Shown here: one piece after another, positions 58,375 to 64,000 of the stretch
Position numbering within the stretch: the first letter of the stretch is position 1
Layout: each line of letters starts with the position of its first letter
Assembly (NCBI RefSeq): GCF_009914755.1
Contig: NC_060935.1
Direction: 5' to 3' (one strand)
DNA length: 64,000 bases
From: the human T2T-CHM13v2.0 reference genome, Homo sapiens
Position numbers and translations under genes: made by a program
Notes under the pieces: model-generated
Database searches by the model: none
What the model saw: only the letters and a program-made list of their open reading frames with translations
Told to the model about the DNA's origin: nothing

Positions 58375-60919
58375 TGAGAGCCAAGCTTTATTTAAATTTG
58401 GGAATCACTGTTCCAGGAGCACAGGAATAAAACTGTCCTTCATCCTTTATAGCCCTCAGGCTTCTCTTCCTTTTCAAGGCCTTCCTCAATGGGCTTGGTA
58501 ATCTCATCTCACCAAGATAAGCATGGTAGAGGGGCAAGCAGGATGGAATAGACTCCATGTATATGGTGTGTATTTTTAAAATCACCATTTATCACATGCT
58601 TATTTAATCCTCATAGCAACCGTAGAAAGCACCTGTTATTAATGCTTTTCAGAGAAGCAGAACTGGAGGTTCAAAGCAGCTGAGCAACATGACCAAGGTC
58701 ACTCCACAAGGCCAATGGCGGAGCTGGGATTTGAATCCCGGGTTAACTGATTCGAAGTCCTATCTCCTAACTGCCAAAATAATCCCCAGGCCCACCAGAG
58801 AGAAAGGATACCTTCGTGATGACATCCTAAGCCCTGCATCTACTTTGCCTCAGGGTGGGGCTGAGAGCGCGGACTCGAGCAAAGACTGCAGCAGATGAGA
58901 AGCTGGTCCTGAGCTGTGGGTTGGGAAGGTTCGGGCAGTGCAGCAGTTCTCACAGGTGGAGAGCAGGATGAAGGAACGCTTAGAGGAGAGCAGCTTCTGC
59001 AGGTTGGTGGCTGGGAGAGGCTGCTCCTCCCCAAAGACTGGACCTATTAGAAGCACAGGACCTCTGATGGAGATGGGGTTTTAGAGGATTTCCTAGTCCA
59101 GCCCTCTACCAGTACACGTCATAACCTGTCGGACAGCCCAACAACAAAGACCGCCGCTCACCTGCAGTTTCTTCCCTGTCGGAGTCTGGGAGTGAATCTT
59201 CCTCCTCGTGGGCTTGGCTCTCTTGGGAAGTTGAGGGCTTTGGGTCTCAGGTCTGCCATTGATTTGAGCATTTCTCCTGTGCATCCTCACTCTTTCAAGA
59301 AAGGAGGTCTGGATCTGGCTACCAAATCCCCCTGCTCTGCTGGGAGCATGAGCAGCCTTGCCCATTGCTCGGCTGAAAGGTCTGCATTCAGAAGCCAGGC
59401 TTTCCAAGGATAAACAGGGTTAGGTGCTGCCAGCCTTCTTAGCAGCAACCAGAAATTCAATGAGAAGTTTCAGGGAAAATTCATCTTTTTCCACCCAGTC
59501 ATTGAGAGCAAGGTTTTATGACACAGAGGATGAAGAGAGAGGCTTTTGTGGGCTGATGTCGCTGTGTTGCTGGCCTCCGGTCAGGTCACAAGGTGGAGCG
59601 CTGCATGCCGGCAGGGACGTTTGGGCTTTCAGACAGCAGAGGCATCAGAGCAGAAGCAAATATCTTCCCAAAGATGTTTGGCCATATTTCTAGGACCAGG
59701 TTAAAAGCTTCACACAGAAGCTAAGTTAACATTGGTATGTCTATGAGAGGGTCATGTCCAGAAACAGCTTTCGCCTTCCAACAGAGACTTTGCGGAAAAA
59801 AATCTCCATGCTCATATTTCTCTACCTCAGGAGGCTCTCCTGGAATCTAAGAGGCCATTTAGTGTCAAATTCAGCCCCACTAAGCATCACATAATGGTGA
59901 TACTGTTAAGGACATCATATATGTGAGGCTGAATTATCCACAATGGCTGGCAATGTCTTCATTCTCCAGACTGAGGCTCCGGCCTCTTTGCTTTGGCAAG
60001 AGTTGATCTCAGGACTGCCTGAAACCAGAAACTCCAGGCAAAGCTCTTTGGGTCACTCTTCTGAAAAGGAATCACAATAATAAGATCTGTTATCTTGGTA
60101 CTCTGTAAAGCCAAGGTGTCAGCCTTCACGACAGTGAAAAGTTAGTTTGTCAGAACCAGGGTGTGATTGTCTGCTGATTAAGCCATCTGCCACCACAGAA
60201 ACAGACCAAGATCATCAACTGGTACACTGGTGCCGACGGCCACATTTTTACACACTGGGCCTTTGGCTGCCACCTCAAGTTTGTCAGTTCTCAGGAGGCA
60301 GACTCCAGGCACCACATTCGAGAGGGCCTCCATGCACGCTCAGGCTTCTTCTCATAGCAGGCACACCCTGCCTGAGCCCCACTCCATGCGCTGACGGAGA
60401 GTCGGGGCAGGAGCTCTCATGCAGCCAGGTGTTGGGCTCTGCAAGGGGGTTTGTGTGGGGATGTGAGCCACTGGGTCAGCTCCCTGGTTCAGGCTTCTGC
60501 ATTCAGGTTATAGACATATCTCTGTGTGTATGTTGGGGACTAGAGATGACCACACTGCTAAATTCTTCTTGAGTGACTTTTAGTAGGAAAAAAATATGAA
60601 CCCTCACTTCAACAATGACATTGTTAAAAACACATAAAATGCACACCACTTCACCGAGCAGCATTCAGGCCTTGACTTCCCTGTGGGAACAAGCTTTTAG
60701 CCTATGCCTCATACATAAATAGGTGGATTGTGGTCCACTCAGAGGGGACACAGGAGTGATGTAGTCTGTACCCCTCAACACCCCAGATGGAAATCTTTTG
60801 CCTGGAGGCTTAATTTCGTGAAGAAGTCAGGGTAGGAGCACTGGGTTCTCTTCAGCTAGTGATATCATGAACAATAAGAAGAATTGTGTGTATGTAGCAA
60901 GTAGGAGAAAATATTGGCC

Positions 60920-61140
60920 AAGTTTATTCATTCAACAAATACTTAGAGTCTACTAACTCTGTGTGGGGCCCTGTTCTAAGTGCTTGGATGTATCAGAGAA
61001 CACAACAGAGATCCCTACTCTTATGGACCTGATGTTCAGGAGGGAGGGGGATATGAACCATAAACGACAAATACAAATTAATTACTGATTAAATTATGTG
61101 ATAAGTGAAAATGGAAGAGCAGAGGAAGGAGGATGAGGGA
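60920..61140 (-). mobile_element. L2 LINE 3' end
   Basis: ttattcattcaacaaatactta...gccctgttctaagtgcttggat is reverse L2. Confidence 0.7.
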
Positions 61141-63051
61141 GTTGCGGGGAGGAGGGAATTAATGTGGATTTGGAAGGCTGCCCAACATGTTTCTGGGTCT
61201 GAATATTTTTGGTCTGTGACACAAATCGTATTCTTGATTGCTAACATCCACTGAGGCCACCTCTGTGCTGGGCACTATGCTGGGTGTTTACTTGGGTATC
61301 TCATTTACTCTGCAAGGCTGGCCTGGTTCTTCATACCCCTAGGGCAGAATGCAAGACTTTAGTTCTTGGCCTTCTGCATCTTCATGCTTTTTCTTTGGAG
61401 CAGAAATTGCTCTGAAAATGCTGGGTTTAACTTAAATCTTACATTGACCAGACGTCTCCTCGAGCCCCAGAGCCTACGGAGTGCTTTTGTTAAACCCCAG
61501 AGCCAATGTGCTCAGGCTGTCCTTTGTGCAGCCAGGTACCAGTGGGAAGATTTTCCATGCAAATACTTGGGAATAAAAAAGAAATGAGAGGGAGGCCTGT
61601 GGTCTTTGCTACTCTGACTCCACAGGCTGCTGGGATGGACGTTGGATGAAGACACCAGCTTAGGGCATGGCCTGTTGCTATTTATGACTCTATTACTTCA
61701 CAGTGAGAGCACAGTTCAGGCTGACTGCTGGGTGGCCTCTGTGTTTCTGTCACTTCCTTTTTCACCTATGTGAGGACTGTAGCATTGATTGGGACTTCCA
61801 AAGTCCTGTTAGCCAAGCTTCTGCCATCAGATGGGCCTGTGGGCACATTGCCCCATAAAACTCTGCCTCCTTCCTAAGGCCCTGGGGCACCACAGAAAGA
61901 TGGGCCTGCCAAGCCACTGCTCTGATAAGGCATGCCTTTAACCAGGCTCCATCACTCAGAGCTACAGGAAAATCCCATGGTCATCCGCCCTCTGTTGGTG
62001 ACAGGGAATTCCATCATGCATTCAGATTTTTGCATGCCTGCTCTGTCCCTGGAACTAGAATAAGAGAATAGGGAGAAAAGCCGATAAGAAGTCAACGATA
62101 ACTATAGCCATGGCCATAATTTGGGCTCCAAAAGAAATAATTCTGAGTGGTTACCAGATAGCTTTCAGAGAGGGTTGAAGCCTTCAGTAGACTAATGATT
62201 GAGCAGAAAAAAATGTTTAGAAAACTTGAGACAGATTTTATCCATGCAGTAAGTCAGAAGTCAAGTCAGAAGTTCAGATGACATGTACGATTCCTGGAAT
62301 TTAGTGATTTTTTGTTTGAATGTGTTACTTCTCTTCTACTTTCTGTTCTGCTCCCACTAGAATTATCTCCTTCCCCCAGGCCCTCAGATCCACCCCACAT
62401 ACCACAAGCTCATTCTTCACCACACCCTGTTTTCTAGCATGGCTGCAAGCGCAAAACCTCCCTTAGTTCCCACCTGCAACGCCAAGGTCCCAGAGTTTGC
62501 TGAGCTACCATCAGCAAGACCTTGAACATGCCTCGGCCCTCTCTCCTCTCCCTCCACATTGCTCTACTTCAGTGGTACAGCTCCTCCCATGGCTGTCTCT
62601 AGACCTCACCTTGACATCTCACCACCCACCTCTGCCTTGTTCCTACCTGATGCACTCTCCCCTCTCCAAAGAGTCACCTGGCCCTAGTTCCACTCACCTC
62701 TCTGTCAACCTCCAGGAACCCTTTATGTGTCCTCCATGCCTTAGGCACATGACCCGTGTTTCCTCACAATCACAGTTACCCTCTCATACTCACATGCAAG
62801 GACGAGGAACTTGTTTCCTATTACTTCACACCCACTCCCTGGCCATGCACACAATACAGTGCAGAAGTTGGTCCCAAATCTATTACCAGAGGCCTAAGCA
62901 GCAGCCTCCTCCTGCTCAAAGAAAAATGTTCTGCCGCTGCCAACATTGCACTTCCTCTGCAAGACATCTCAGAAAATGCCCATCAGAGCCTTCCACCTCA
63001 TTCCAAGCTTGCAAGCAAGCTGGTCTTTCATTTGTCTTGTTTGTTTTTAAG

Positions 63052-63120
63052 CAAGAAGAATCCCTTTAGAGGAGGAATTAGGAAAGAAAAAAAAGTCAAA
63101 CAGAAACAGAAGGAGTGGAG
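63052..63120 (+). CDS. Candidate in-frame cassette exon (69 nt, phase 1 to 1) in FLI1 intron 5: (A)RRIPLEEELGKKKKSNRNRRSG
   Basis: Acceptor tctttcatttgtcttgtttgtttttaag|CAAG, donor TGGAG|gtttgt. Length is a multiple of 3, there is no stop in the FLI1 frame, and the body is purine/GAA-rich. No transcript evidence available here. Confidence 0.4.
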
Positions 63121-64000
63121 GTTTGTCTCTCTCTTTTGTCCCCTGCCTTGCCCTTCCTCCCTATCCCATCCCCCTCACTTTCTGTGTTGCTTTTCATGCC
63201 AGTTGCTAAAGACTGTAATTTTAAAACTGAACGGGCTTTTCCAGAGCCTTGAGGAATGTGCATCTGCACGTGGATTTTTCCACAAAAAAAGTGTCCCTGT
63301 CTTTTGGATCTTCTTAGCCAGAAACAATGAGGCCAGGCAATCAGAGTCCATCCGTCTTCCCAACTCTTATTCTAATTTGTTTGAGAGGCTCAGAAGGGGC
63401 TGAAGGGCATGGTTGTGTTTCACCCCGTCAGACTCTGTTGTTTGATGAGGTTTGTGCTCCATTTGTTCGGATGGTTTTTATGGTTTCTTTGTTGTTCATG
63501 GAATAACTTTGAAGGTCATAATTCTGTATCCTCAAGCTCCTCTGCTATTCCTGCTCAATGTCTCAATGGGACTCATACCAAGAGAAAGGGAAGGAAGAAG
63601 TTTCCAGCTAGTTAGTTAAGCAATTTCTCAACACATTTATGGAAGCATGTGGAATCTTTCAAGAAAGGGGTTACGATCACAAAAGTTCGATTTGAGGAGT
63701 ATTCTCCAAGACAACTGAGAAGCAAGCCCTTAGTCATGCCCAGGTGGGGAGCAGGTCTCCAACCTCTCATTTCCTGATCCAGCCCCTTTCCCAGCCACAT
63801 TTCTGGCCTCTTCCCTTTCTCTGTGGTCATCAGCCCAGCCCTCTCCACTATCAATAGAAAAGCCCGAGAGCCCTCAGAGAGCCTGGAATGTGCTCCCACC
63901 GCTGTGATGTCATCCCACATCATCCATGTGCTGAAATCAGGGACTGGAGTCGGCCCCCAGGAATGTCATGGCCATGGGCTTTGAGACACTCTTCTTATGG

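Noticed and set aside
62497-63403. Longest ORFs in the track (190 aa and 215 aa)
   Set aside because: Non-ATG starts, low-complexity composition and no recognisable domain. They overlap the candidate 69-nt exon only in other frames. Consistent with chance intronic ORFs.

Overview
Human-type (primate) genomic DNA covering the internal part of the FLI1 ETS-family proto-oncogene on the + strand. It runs from the distal ~17 kb of intron 1 through coding exons 2 (17297-17508), 3 (27296-27450), 4 (31944-32147) and 5 (41121-41186) into ~23 kb of intron 5. Exon 1 and exons 6-9 (ETS DNA-binding domain) are outside the window. All four exons have AG/GT boundaries and join in frame into FLI1 residues 7-218, which include the PNT/SAM domain. 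Introns 4-5 belong to the region where Ewing sarcoma t(11;22) EWSR1-FLI1 breakpoints fall. The rest is ordinary mammalian intron: ~19 Alu elements, MIR/L2/L1 fragments, MLT1 solo LTRs, hAT/Tigger DNA transposons and microsatellites. Almost all ORFs in the supplied track are spurious. The most interesting layer is non-canonical isoform architecture. (1) A candidate 69-nt, phase-symmetric, stop-free cassette exon in distal intron 5 (63052-63120) encodes a basic, NLS-like peptide and would stay in frame in both FLI1 and type-1 EWS-FLI1. (2) An alternative exon in intron 2 (23829-23999) combines an in-frame stop, an overlapping uORF and a strong re-start ATG (MEGGLAGERA), with ten RBFOX motifs ~1 kb downstream. 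(3) The Alu orientation pattern favours back-splicing of exons 3/4/5 to exon 2, and the resulting circles carry a near-full-circle ORF (PNT-only protein for the exon 4/5 circles) with a junction-specific tail. Several dense TF-motif clusters, local duplications and insertion scars are also noted. Repeat subfamily calls come from visual recognition only, and repeat boundaries are approximate.
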